Part shown: in pieces, positions 24,391 through 35,688 of the stretch
Numbering within the stretch: the stretch's first letter is position 1
Layout: every line of letters starts with the position of its first letter
NCBI GenBank assembly: GCA_028534125.1
Contig: CM052818.1
Location: 4,652,001-4,716,000 of the forward strand
From: Lama glama
Lineage: Eukaryota
Direction: 5' to 3'
DNA: 64,000 nt
Notes under the pieces: model-generated
Seen by the model: the letters and a program-made list of their open reading frames with translations, nothing else
The model's database searches: none
Told to the model about the DNA's origin: nothing
Made by a program: the position numbers and the translations under genes

Positions 24391-25584
24391 TCTCTGCATA
24401 AAGCTATTAACAGAGGATTCCAACTGCGTGTTGCGAGGCTCAGTTGTCTGACTGCAGCAGCAGGTTTTCCCTGGAGACCGCTGATGCAGGAGGTGCTCAT
24501 TTCAATCTGGTTTTTCCTATGACCCAGACCACTGACAGGAATCTTGCCTGGGCCTTAAGAGACAAAGAGGCCTCCGTGGGCTGAACCATTTTGAATCTAT
24601 GCATTCTCAATCCACCTGGTTTTGTTTTCCCCTCTGAAGGAATCTGACAGGCAGTTCATAGCTCATCAAAGAGCCGTATCCAAACTGTACTTTGAAAGAA
24701 TCAGAAAGGACTGTTTTTGAATGATTTTCTCCCCATCGCAACCTCCCAGCTCCAGTCCTGCCAAGAGGCCTGGATGCCGAGTGGCTTCCTCAAGCATTCG
24801 GACTGTGTCTGAGCAAACCCCAGGGGCCATCAAGTTACCCTACCGCCGGCCACTTCAGAGCGCTCACTTGAGATGACAGTCGCAGCCTCAAAAGAGGTAT
24901 GCAAACCACAATAATGAAATGTTCCATTTTATTAAGTGCCTGGCCAGAGCGAGGGATGGTATGAGAAAAGAGTAAAGGTGGCGAGTTTTTAGCTTGATCT
25001 CTGTGACGCTGATAAGCAGTGATTTTTGCAGAGGGGGTAAAAAACGTAATCCACTGCAATAAAACCATTTTCCTCGTGCCGTGGGGATGAGTTATTGCTC
25101 CGAGAAAGGCCTGGCTCCTCATGGCAGCCTGAGCCTCCATCTGCATCTTCCGTGGGTCAGTCTGACTTTTTTATCGCACTGACACGAGAGAGCACTTCCG
25201 TTTCTTCCCGCCTCCATTTGTAAATTCTTAGGGGAGAGGCCACTCATCGCATTCACTTTGGGGCTGATTCCTGGGTCATCTTGTCCTGGGACTGGAGGCG
25301 ATGCCATGGGAGCCGGGTGGCTTCCATGTTTTCAGACCCTGAGTGGTTAGAAGGACCGAGAGGAAATTGTTTTTGCATGAATCCGAGGAGGAAAAGGCCA
25401 TTTCCTCTCCTTTCTGGCTCATTGGACCCTTAGCTTTCCAGAACTTTGTTCAGGTTCATTTCCAGCAAGTGGGATTCTCTGCCTCTTCCTAGACTTGGTA
25501 GACGCCTGGCCCTGAAACAGCAACTCTGCCAGTTTAAATGCAGAAATGGGAAGAAGATGCATATTTAAAAAATTTTGTAGTCAT

Positions 25585-25702
25585 TTTATTATATTTTTTA
25601 TTGCAGTATAGTTGATTTAACAACGTTGTGTTAATTTCTGGTGTCCAGCATAGGGATTCAGGGATATACATATATTTTTTTTTCATATTATTTTTCATCA
25701 CA
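25585..25702 (-). mobile_element. Very short L1 3' terminus
   Basis: 'ttattgcagtatagttgatttaacaacgttgtgttaatttctggtgtccagcatag' is the reverse complement of the L1 tail seen at 10.9 kb and 62.9 kb. Confidence 0.85.
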
Positions 25703-26379
25703 AATGTGTAATTTTCATGTGTGCCTCCACATTTCTGCCCCTGCCAGTAGCGTCTGTGTGCCTTGGGCTGGACCACGCTGATGTTTCCGGTCATTTCCCT
25801 TCACTCCCAAGATCTGTTGGAATTGAGAAAAATTACAGAGATGAAAAATCTTGGTATGAAGATGACTCGATGTCAATGAATGGAAGAGATTTCATTCCTC
25901 CCAACCTCCTGATGGGTCCTCTCGACTTTTGCTGCAATCTGTCTTGTGAACAATTATCAACGGGGAAAATATAAGCTTTCAAAGATAATTTTTGCTGTAC
26001 AAGAGTCACTTAGAAAGAGGCCACATGGATAGCCCGAGGCCAAAGGTGGGTGCGTTTAACTCAAGGCTCAGTGTGAATGTGAACTTGGTCGGGGAATCTT
26101 CTAAGAGAGCGAGGATTTCTGGGGGAGTTTTAGTTTGTTCAGATTCTCCCAGTTTCTAGTGTTATAATATTTGATCTCTCTCCTCTTAGGAAGGTCAGAT
26201 GAGGAGGAGCCAAGAGAGATTTGAGCTTTGTTAATTACTGTGAATGTCTTCTGGGTTCAGAGTCCTGCTCGGCTTAGCTGGCAGATTCCATCCACCATGG
26301 AAGGGAGCTTTGAGGGAAGGAGCTGGACTATTTTTGCTCAACAGAGTAATTGGTAATGGATATAATTTCATCAGTGCCT

Positions 26380-26560
26380 TTCTGTCCCATAGTATGCTTT
26401 GCCTACACTATTTCTAACCCCAACAACAATCCTGCAGAAGAGATGTCTTTCATTTTTCAGATGAAGGCACTGAGACTCAGAAGGTTAAATAAGTTGCTCA
26501 GGATTTATGGTTAGGAAGTCGGTAATAACTGAGACTTGCACCCCATCCTATGACCACCCC
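26380..26560 (-). mobile_element. MIR SINE
   Basis: 'cattttcagatgaaggcactgagactcagaaggttaaataagttgctcagg'. Confidence 0.75.
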
Positions 26561-27549
26561 ACCCCCAACTTGTGATGTTTCTATATATCATGTGATATAT
26601 CATTTGAGTTTGTGAAAAATCAGCACCTAAACGTCTGCTTACAAGGGGGAAGGATTTTCTGAAAGGAATAATAGCAACTCAAGAACATGTTAAGAATACA
26701 TGTCTCGGCATTTACTTGTCAGCGTTTATCAGGTACCCACTTTGCGTAGAGTTCCGCTCTTAATTGTGTCGGAGGGATGGGGGCAGAGTGAGGAATGGTT
26801 ACTGTCGTTTCTGGAATCCATGAACCCAGAAGTGACTTCTCCTTCCCGTTCATATCATTGTCACAGGCTAACCTGTATTGTCAGGTACCTAAGCTTTGAG
26901 ACCAGAGAATCTTTCCTTTCCTGCTGTGAGATTCCCACACAGTACTCAGCAGGTGCTTGATGTGTGTGCCTGATTGATTGGCCGATTGACACAGAATCTG
27001 CTTGGATCTGCTTATCCTATAAAAGTCAGGGTGAGACAGGACAGACAGCTGCAAATGATGCACTGGTAGCTCTGCAGAAAGGGCCATCTGAGGCAGCTGC
27101 AAAGGACTGTACTCGAGCCAGCAGAGAAAGCTCCATCGAGAAAGAAAGGAGCCTGGACGCAAATTCCAATTGCATCTCCAATGGATCAGAGCCTGCTTGT
27201 GGAGCACAGCCGTGTCTCTGACCGAGCCCTTGGGAGCTCCTGGCTCCTAAGGATCTCATTCAGCTTTAGTTGAGGATGGTAATAACTTAAACCCCAACAC
27301 CAGAGTTGCCACTGGTCAATCAAATGAGCTGGCAGCTTCCAGACAGAGTCGTGAAATGAAATACCTCAAATTGACCAGCCCGAGAACATTTTTGCACAGC
27401 CTGTCCATCCCTTTTGAGCTACTGAGAAAGCAAAGAAATCAGAACTTTGAAATTGCTGCCTGTCCAGTGGCAACCTCTCCGGGACACTGAATGAGCTGCA
27501 ACTTATCTAGTTTTCCCATGGAGACACCTTACAACATGGCTGCACCAAC

Positions 27550-27755
27550 CACATTTAATGAGTATGGACGTGTTAGGGGCTGTACGAAGTCTCCTGAGCT
27601 CATTTAATTTCCACAGCAAATGGGCAAGGTAGCAATAGTGATGCTTATTTTATCGATGAGAAAACCAAGGCTCAGAGAGGGAAGTACTTTTCCCAAAGTC
27701 ACACAGCGAGGAGGTGGCAGAATCAGGACTTGAACCCTGCCATACTCTTAAATGT
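27550..27755 (-). mobile_element. MIR SINE
   Basis: 'gatgagaaaaccaaggctcagagagg...cccaaagtcacacagc...gtggcagaatcaggacttgaaccc'. Confidence 0.85.
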
Positions 27756-27808
27756 TATATAGCTGCCATTTCCTTAGACATCACTTTTTAAAGAGAAATG
27801 CTCCTTTT

Positions 27809-28121
27809 ATTTTATTTTATTATTTTATTTTTCCTTTTAATTGAAGTATAATACACAGATAAATGTCCAAGTCCTAAACGGACAGGCTCAATAAATCATC
27901 AGAAAGTAAACACTCCTGGGTAACTAGCACAAAGGTTAAGAAGTGAAACATTAACCACATACTGGAAACCTCCCCTCACATCCTCAGTCACCTTCCCCAA
28001 AGTAACCACTACCCTGCTTGTGAACTTGACTTAAATAGAATTGGACGTTATATATTCTTTTGTATATGCCTTCCTTTGTTCAGCATCACATCTGTGAGAT
28101 TCTTCCCGATAGCTTTTATGT
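27809..28121 (-). mobile_element. Old L1 (L1MD/ME-like) 3' end with perfect 15-bp TSD
   Basis: (TTTTA)n tail, then 'ttgaagtataatacacaga...gtaaccactacc...ttgttcagcatcacatctgtgagattc'. Direct repeat agaaatgctcctttt at 27794-27808 and 28122-28136. Confidence 0.8.
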
Positions 28122-28841
28122 AGAAATGCTCCTTTTTTTAAAGACGGGGGGTTAGGTTTCCCAGCAAGTGGTGTGTGTCCTTGTGATGTGGGAGACAGGA
28201 AACACAAAGTGAATCTTCTGCTCTTTCTCGATTCGACAGCCATTGCAAATAAACTAACAGTTGGAACTGTTTTGTAGGAGAACTCCATTCCCCTTTGAGG
28301 TCTGTTGCAGCCATGCCACTGGTAGGAAATTCCTTGGAGAGCTGGGCTGCCAAGGTTACGAGCCCAGATGGCCAGGAGAAGGGTAATCAGACCAGGAGGG
28401 TCTGAAGGAGAAATGATGAGTGTGGGAGGGAGAGGCGGACGGGTTTGACTGGACATGTTTCCATCACTGGAAGAACATCCAGGGGTGAATGTTGAACTAG
28501 AAGGCAGAAGAACGTGACGGAGGCTTGGGTGTGAAGTCAGCATGTGGCTCAAGAAATATAAGGCCATTACAAATGGAAGAATGAGAGAGCTCAGTAAAGG
28601 ACGCAGTATGGGAAAGGGGGAAATCACGGTAGGAATCTGGGGAGGAAGAGGAACGCACAGGGGAAAGTGAAGGTGATCAAAGCTAGCAGAGGAGGAATTA
28701 CACAGGATAATTGTTAAAAAGGGTCTACTAAATTGTTAGATGGTTAAAAGCGGTGTCTACCACAGCGGAGCATGCGTGCATCCTCACGTGACCTCGGCCC
28801 CCGGCCTCGGTGTCTGGTCCCCAGGAAGGGGTAAGTACAGG

Positions 28842-28844
<3 letters not shown>

Positions 28845-28878
<34 letters not shown>
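28845..28878. repeat. (AC)n microsatellite
   Basis: Direct reading of the sequence. Confidence 0.95.
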
Positions 28879-28881
<3 letters not shown>

Positions 28882-31800
28882 AATCTTCTGGGAAATTTTA
28901 TCCATAATAGCCACATGTACTGACGTCAATAGCCCAAAAGATAATAAATTGGAACATATTTAATTGTACATAATTATAATAGGGCATAACAATTAGAAAA
29001 CGAACCACTCTACCCACAATAAGATGGCCAATCTCACAGACATCATGTTGAGTGACAGAGTTTTTAAAAAGAGAATTCATACAGATACTGAAAAGTGAAG
29101 CGGGCTGCGTTTACGGTCTCCCTGTAAGAGACATTTGGGGTTCTGACTCTCCTTTATACAGTATCCATAGCAAGCTTATCTTTGTAGCTGCTGCTTTGAA
29201 GGTAGGGTTTTGTTTGTTTGTTTGTTTATTTGTTTTGAGCCCAAATAGAGCATAGAATTGGCTTCTTCTATTTAATTTGCAGCTCCTCTTGCTCGCCAAC
29301 TACTAGAGAGAACACATGGGCTGATGTCACAGACATCTGCGATGGGTCTGACTGGACCCCGGTCCTCGGAGGCCACCACGCTTAGCGCCTGCTCTGGGAG
29401 CACTGGCCTTGAGCGCAGGTCAAGATTTTGTGCTTGGTCTTTTTTTTTTTTAAATAGGAAAGGAGCTTATTAGGTATGCTGCCGTAGACGACAGCGGGCC
29501 ACACAGATGAGAGGTGCCGGTGTGAGCCGCGCCTGGTCTTTACTTTGTAGTTTGACTCATACGTCGGTCGCTCTTTGTGGAAGGCTCCAAATCAAATACA
29601 GAAACACCAGTCTCCTTATTAAAGGTTTTTGTTGTTGTGGCGGTGTGTGAGTTTTGTGAATATGTTTGCCTTCTACGCCCCAAGGAGTCGTGAGCGCTAA
29701 TTTAGGAATCCTTTATCATGTGGTTTGGTTGTGAGTCATGGCCTTTAGAAATCAGCATAAACTTCGCGCTCTCTCTGTCTCCCAACACGAAGCATCAGTG
29801 CCGCGATCCATTTCCTTTTGGTCTAACGAGGCAAAGACTCCCCAGGGTTAATGAATGCCGGCTATCGTGTGATAAGACTGAGTAGCTGAGAGTATTAATG
29901 AATCACACAGGATGAACAAACTGGCCGTTGAGGAGCGGGAAGAAAAGGGAACAAGCATCCTTAGCAGGACAGCAAGGAGCTGAGAATCAGGAAATCAGCA
30001 GCAGAAAGATGCCTAACAGCTTCAGAGAGCAGCCGGTGGCAAAGGCTGGCAGCTGGGACGAGGCAACTCTGCAGGATGCAGTGAGTAATAAGAGGCTACA
30101 GTGAAGATCTGAGGTGGCAACGGCGAAGTCTGTGGTCGAGTTGGAGAAAAGGTGAGAGCCCCGACTGAAACGGGATAAAAGTTCTGGCAGTGCCCACCTG
30201 CCATCAAGACACTGAAATGAAAAGCAAAATTCTCCCCACAAGCAGAAGCAACTATTTCCAGTCATTTATGCATTTAGGGTTGGGGTGGGAGTGGGTAAAA
30301 CATCTGAAAGATTGGATTGTTTGCTCTTCCATCATTCATTTTAATTCAGTGGGATTAATTCAGTGGAAACATAGTCTAACAAAGGATCATTATTTCACTT
30401 TTTATTGTGGAGATTTAAAAACATATAAAAGTGGAGGGAATATTATGACCCCCAAGTTGCCCATTAATCACTACTCAGTACTAACAATTATCAGTAGTTG
30501 GTCACTCTCGATACATAGGCATTTTTGAAAAATGAGTCCAGGGGAATTTTAATTAGTTTTTGTATTAAGACCTTGTGTCTATCTCTCAATCTCTTTTGCT
30601 CTTTGAAATCAAAATAGCCACCAAATAACCGATAAAGAGACATTTGGGGACTTTTCTCCCCCTTTTGCCACAAGCACAAGTTGGCACCATTATGGGAGCC
30701 GACAGCAAGCCCTACTGGGGCTGGCTTTATTTTGGCCCCCATTATGGACGAGACTTCAGCATCAGATGGCGGCTGGGCCGAATGGTGAAGGATCCTGGCA
30801 CATTTGGGTGCCTCAAGCCCTCTCCTTGACCTGTTGGACCCTGGTCCAGGCATCCTGGAACTCAGCATCTCTGTACCCATCTTATTTGTTAATAAGGTAC
30901 CTTGTTTTGCTGAACTCATTCCCAGTGAGAATGGCTGGCTGGTGACATTTCATATCCATTTGCGAGGGGCATCATCATTTGAACTGAGAATAAGAAGCTG
31001 GGTGAAATATAAATCTGTAATTGTGGGGGCATCAAGTAGCAGGGTAGGGAATTATTTATTTGGGGTGCAAGTCCTGGACCCTCAAAATCACTTGATGTAG
31101 GCTGCCATCTATTTCTAGACACAAAGTGTCTAGAACCCACCAACCCCAGTGTGTTGGTGATGTCCAAGATCTGGGTGGGCCAGGACATCTTTGTAGCTCC
31201 TTAGGCTCAACCCCCTCCTCCGAGGGCTGGTCAGCCTTGTGCTGCTGCCTTCAGGAGCCCTTCCCATGGCAAGGTCAAGAGCTTGGCACTGCGGCGACTG
31301 CTGCAGGTTGAGAGAAGAATGTGTAGGCTGTTCATTTAATTTTACTCCCTCCTATTCTTTCTCTTGCAAGGGTTGTCCACCCTCTACTGCCTTCTGAAAT
31401 GATTATTAATGGAATCCTCTTCTCTTTTTCTGAACTCTTGGTTTTTCCTCTTTGTGCCTGATTATCTTAATTCTGCCAGGCTCTTTTTCATGTCTCTTGC
31501 CTGTCGGCCCTCAATTTACAGTCCGACCTTTCTCCTCCCCACGTCCTTCTTTTCCATTCCTATCATATTCTCTCTCTTGCTCTTTCTCTCTACTTTGAGC
31601 TTGCACAGACTAGAGCAAATTGAAATATACTTTTCAAAATTTACTAGCCCTATTATTCTCTTTTAAATGAAGACTAGGCAGCAATCACACTGATCTCTGA
31701 AACCCAGGCGAGTCCGAGGACAGAAGAAAACCACCAGCTCTTCTCTTCCTTCCTGGCCACTTGCTTTGATGTGACTTTATCTTACAGAACATTATGGATT

Positions 31801-32127
31801 TAAACATGTTGTAAGTCACATTAAAATTTTTTTCCCAATGAGAAAGAGGTAAATTACAATATTTGGGAATGACTTAGTATATCTTTTGGGCATCCACTAG
31901 GTGCATGGCATTATGCTGATCAACTATACCTTTTGACTGATACTTTTTCAAAAAGGCTGGTATCCTAGAATTAATCTACAGAAATAAGAAAAAGAAGAAT
32001 GAAAGTATTATGAAAGTATAAAGCCATGACATTGTCATATGATTTATCTTTAATAGTTTGGCTCAATTCTCATCTTCTTCTTGAAGATTTCCCCCGAAGA
32101 TCCATTCTTGTATTCATCTGTCCCTTT

Positions 32128-32460
32128 ATTCATCCATCCACCCATCCATCCATCTACCCATCCATCCATCTACACATGTATCTTTCCTTCCTTCCTTCCT
32201 TCCATCTACTCACACATCCACACACCTTGTGCTTACTCTTTGCAAGGCACAGTGCAGATGTTGGCCAAGCTAAAAACCGTATAGTTTTCTGCCCTTAAGG
32301 AGCTCAAAGTTTGGTAGGAGAGAGCTTATAATAATAATAGCAGCTAACACTTATTGAGTTCTAACTATATGGTTGGCATTGCAATAAGCATTTGAAATAC
32401 TTTATCTCATTTAATCCTCAAAGAAACTCTGGAGGTACCACTTTACAGATGAGGAAGATG
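32128..32460 (-). mobile_element. (CATC)n/(CTTC)n tract with an L2 3' end, followed by a MIR fragment
   Basis: CATC repeats, then 'tgcccttaaggagctcaaagttt' (L2 end), then 'aacacttattgagt...tctcatttaatcctcaaag...tttacagatgaggaa' (MIR). Confidence 0.7.
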
Positions 32461-33074
32461 ATTGCTGGGCTAGAAATATTGGACATGAAGGCTACTTTGA
32501 TTTTAGGAAGTGCTTATCTAAAACCCAGAAGCCTTAAATCTGATATGTTCAGCCTCATAAACCCCAAGCTCTTGTGTGTATAATTTCTATAAACTTTTAC
32601 TCTTCTTCCACTGCTAAGATCTAGGAGAGGATTTGGGGGCCACCATTGAACATCCAGACCCAGAGAGCCCTCCCTGTGGGGACATCTCCTGCAGTGAAGG
32701 GTTAAGTGGGGACTCTGCTATTCATAGTCACACAGCAGATGAGCTTGAAAATGGAAGGAATCCTGACTCATGGAGCCCAGGTTTTGGAAGAAGATTCTCT
32801 TCTATTGATTTCTTATTGTTTTGACCTCATGTGTATTTTCATAATGTAAACACATATTTACATCCCAGCTTAAAGATTTTCTTCTTTCATTATCTCTGAG
32901 TGCCAGTGATGGCAGCTTTAAAGCAGCAACAATTTTGGAAAAACACAGGGAAGTTAAATAATTTGCTCAGGGTTACTGGGCTAGGAAGTACCAGAGTGAC
33001 ATTTGAACCCAGTATCAAGATACTTGTCTCTTGTACTTAATTTGTTCCACTTTCTTGGTTATAAGCTTGTAGTA

Positions 33075-33900
33075 TAAACAGCAAATGCTTGAATCCAGAC
33101 CAACCTGGGCATGAACATGCCCTCTGGCACTTGCTAATGCCACCATTTTGGGCAGGTTAAACTTTTATAGCCTTAATGTCCTCATCTGCAGAAGCAGGAT
33201 AGTGGTACCTACATAAAAGGACTGCTTTGTAGACCTTAAAACAAAGACCACAAAGATAAAGAAGGACACTATACAATGATAAAAGGAGCAATGCAAGAAG
33301 AAGATATTACACTTGTTAACATATATGCACCCAATATAAGAGCACCTAAATATATAAAACAAATACTAGCAGACATAAAGGGAGAAACTGATGGGAATAC
33401 AATAATAGTAGGAGACCTTAACATCCTACTAACATCATTGGACAGGTCTTCCAGAGAGAAAATCGACAAGGCAATGGAGATACTAAATGACCCAATAGAA
33501 TGGTTAGACTTAATTGATATTTTCAGGGTATTACATCCTCCCCAAACAGAATATATATTTCTTTTAAGTGCATGTGGAATGTTCTCTAGGATAGACCACA
33601 TCCTCGGACACAAAACAAGCCTCACCAAATTTAAGGACAGAAATTATTTCATGCATCTTCTCTGACGACTATGTCATGAAACTAGAAATCAGCCATAGAA
33701 AGAGCAATGAGAAAAAAACCACTGCATGAAGACTAAACAATGTGCTACTAAAAAACCAATGGGCAAAACGATAAATCAAAGAAGAAATTAAAAAATGCCT
33801 TGGGACAAATAAAAGGGTTGCTGTGAGGATTAAATGGGATAATGGATGTAGAAGCATCAGTGCAGTACCTGGCATGTAGAAGACCCTCCATAAATGTCTG
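33075..33900 (+). mobile_element. MIR SINE interrupted by an L1 fragment (MIR halves 33075-33220 and 33809-33900)
   Basis: The left half ends 'cctcatctgcagaagcaggatagtggtacctac'. The right half continues 'gggttgctgtgaggattaaatgggataat...gtacctggcatgtag', which is contiguous in the MIR consensus. Confidence 0.85.
33221..33808 (+). pseudogene. Internal L1 ORF2 fragment (APE-type endonuclease domain), non-functional
   Basis: ORF 33276-33665 has the L1 EN motifs ITLVNIYAPN, IIVGDLN, LDLIDIFR and FSRIDHILG. After a frameshift it continues SDDYVMKLEI (consensus SDH..MKLEI). The N-terminal EN residues and all of RT are missing. Flanked by ataaaagg (33213-33220 / 33809-33816). Confidence 0.95.
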
Positions 33901-34317
33901 TCCTCTAAATCCTAGCCTCTTCCTTTAATTGGATTTTAATGCCCCAGGGACATATCCCTGCTCCAGGTGGGAACTCAGAAACTTTCTGATTCATGAATAG
34001 GGCTTTGCAGGGTCTTGTGAGACCAACCTTTGTCAGTGAGACCAACCTTTGCCAGTTCTTAGTTCACAAATTAATTCTTCACTGTCTCTTTAATTTTAGG
34101 AATCATATAGGCATATTGTAGAGCACGGGACCTCCAAACTGGCCCATCATCATCATCATCTTCAAAGCCTCCAACAAAAGAGATTCCCTGCGCACACTCT
34201 TCAGGGGGTAGAACCAGAATGTCTTTACTCTCTCCGAGGTGATCTATGTGATCCACCAGTTTGGAGAGCTACTAACTCCAATGAGTTTCACTTTCTCCAA
34301 AAACCAAGTGTCCTATA

Positions 34318-34511
34318 TAGGGCTGCTAGATAAAATATCGGGTGCCTAGTGAAATCTGAATTTCAATTAAACCATCAATACTGTTTTAGCATAAGTGTAT
34401 CTCCAATATTACACAGAACATGCTTATGCTAAAAAAATCAGTCATTGTTTATCTGAAATAAAAATTTAAGTAGGTGTCCTGGATTTTTATTTGTTAGATC
34501 TGGCAGCCCCA
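34318..34511 (+). mobile_element. Full-length MER53 palindromic hAT MITE
   Basis: Termini 'tagggctgctagataaaata' and 'atttgttagatctggcagcccca', with internal inverted arms. 8-bp TSD gtcctata (34310-34317) / gtcccata (34512-34519). Confidence 0.9.
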
Positions 34512-35688
34512 GTCCCATAATGTGGGAGGTGTGTGAGGAAAAGGGGCCAATGTTTTCCTGTCCTTTCTACTGCCCTCTGAGATGCCCTCAGAGTGCTCTC
34601 TGGCCAGCTTTCCCCTCCATAAAGAACACGAGTCATTAACTGAAATTGGCAGAGGCTCCTGAGATCTAATTTCTTCCCCCACAGACATTATTTTGCACCA
34701 TCCTCCAATGAATAGAGATTTAGGAGTTGTGGTGGGAAAGATTTTTTTTTTTTGAGAATCCTTGTCATCTGAGGTTCCAGGGGGCCACTCTTTTGTCTCC
34801 ATCTTGGGGACAGCCTGAGGCAAAATAATGCTACTCACTCCTCCTCCTCTCCCAACACACACAACTGGCCCCTGTTTCCTTAAGTTGGCATCACAGTGAA
34901 TCCTCAGTCCTCTTTCTTCTCTCTCTCTTTTTTCTTTTTATAATCTACAAAAAAGCTGAAAAGATGAAAAAACTGCTCTGAGCTTAATAGAAAGTCTGTC
35001 TAATAATAATGAATCCTGCAGCGGGACTTGTAAAGAACGCAGATCATGTGCACTTAACTGTAATAGTCCTGCAAAGTAATGAAGACTCAAGTGGTCCTTA
35101 TTAGGTCTCAAGCTGTGAATCAGAACTCATCTAACGTTCTGATTGCTGAAGGAAATCGGTAATTGATGTGACGGAATGGCCATTATTATTATTATTATTG
35201 TCACTTAAAAAAAAAATTCAGACATAGCAGCTCGGAGCCAGCCCCCAGCCTCCTTGAGGTATACCAGGTGTGCAGGGTGCGTGCCGCCCTTCCATTAAAT
35301 CTTCAAATGGGGGCTCTAATAAATTTTGCATTGAAATAAGTAATGACCACATTTAACGACCAGTTTGTCTGAGTGTTAACAGCTTGTGAGCCAACAAACT
35401 GGCCATTAACAGGTGCTAACTTCTGCTTTCTGGTTTAAACAATCCATTCTCATCTCTCTCCTGTTTGTGCTGGGGACTTATGCAAATTCCCGCCTGGTGT
35501 TTTCATTTTCCTGTGATCTGTGGCTCTTGCTAATCAGCTGGGTACCTCTCTGCTAGGGGCTCCTTTTCCCTAGGGTTGTCTCTTCTGCAGTCCGTGGATG
35601 AATGAATTTTCTTTTTAATTCATTTTTACTCCTGAAGGATGAACGTATCCCAGCATAGTTCGGTCCCCAAATAAATTAGGTGAAAAGT

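Noticed and set aside
28031..28627. 198-aa minus-strand ORF
   Set aside because: A Pro/Ser/Leu-rich shadow of a purine-rich L2-like tract running into an L1 fragment; no recognisable domain.
33276..33665. Functional endonuclease gene
   Set aside because: An L1 ORF2 fragment missing its N-terminal catalytic residues, frameshifted before the SDH motif (which reads SDD), with no RT or promoter. The antisense ORF 33269-33628 is the usual shadow of L1.
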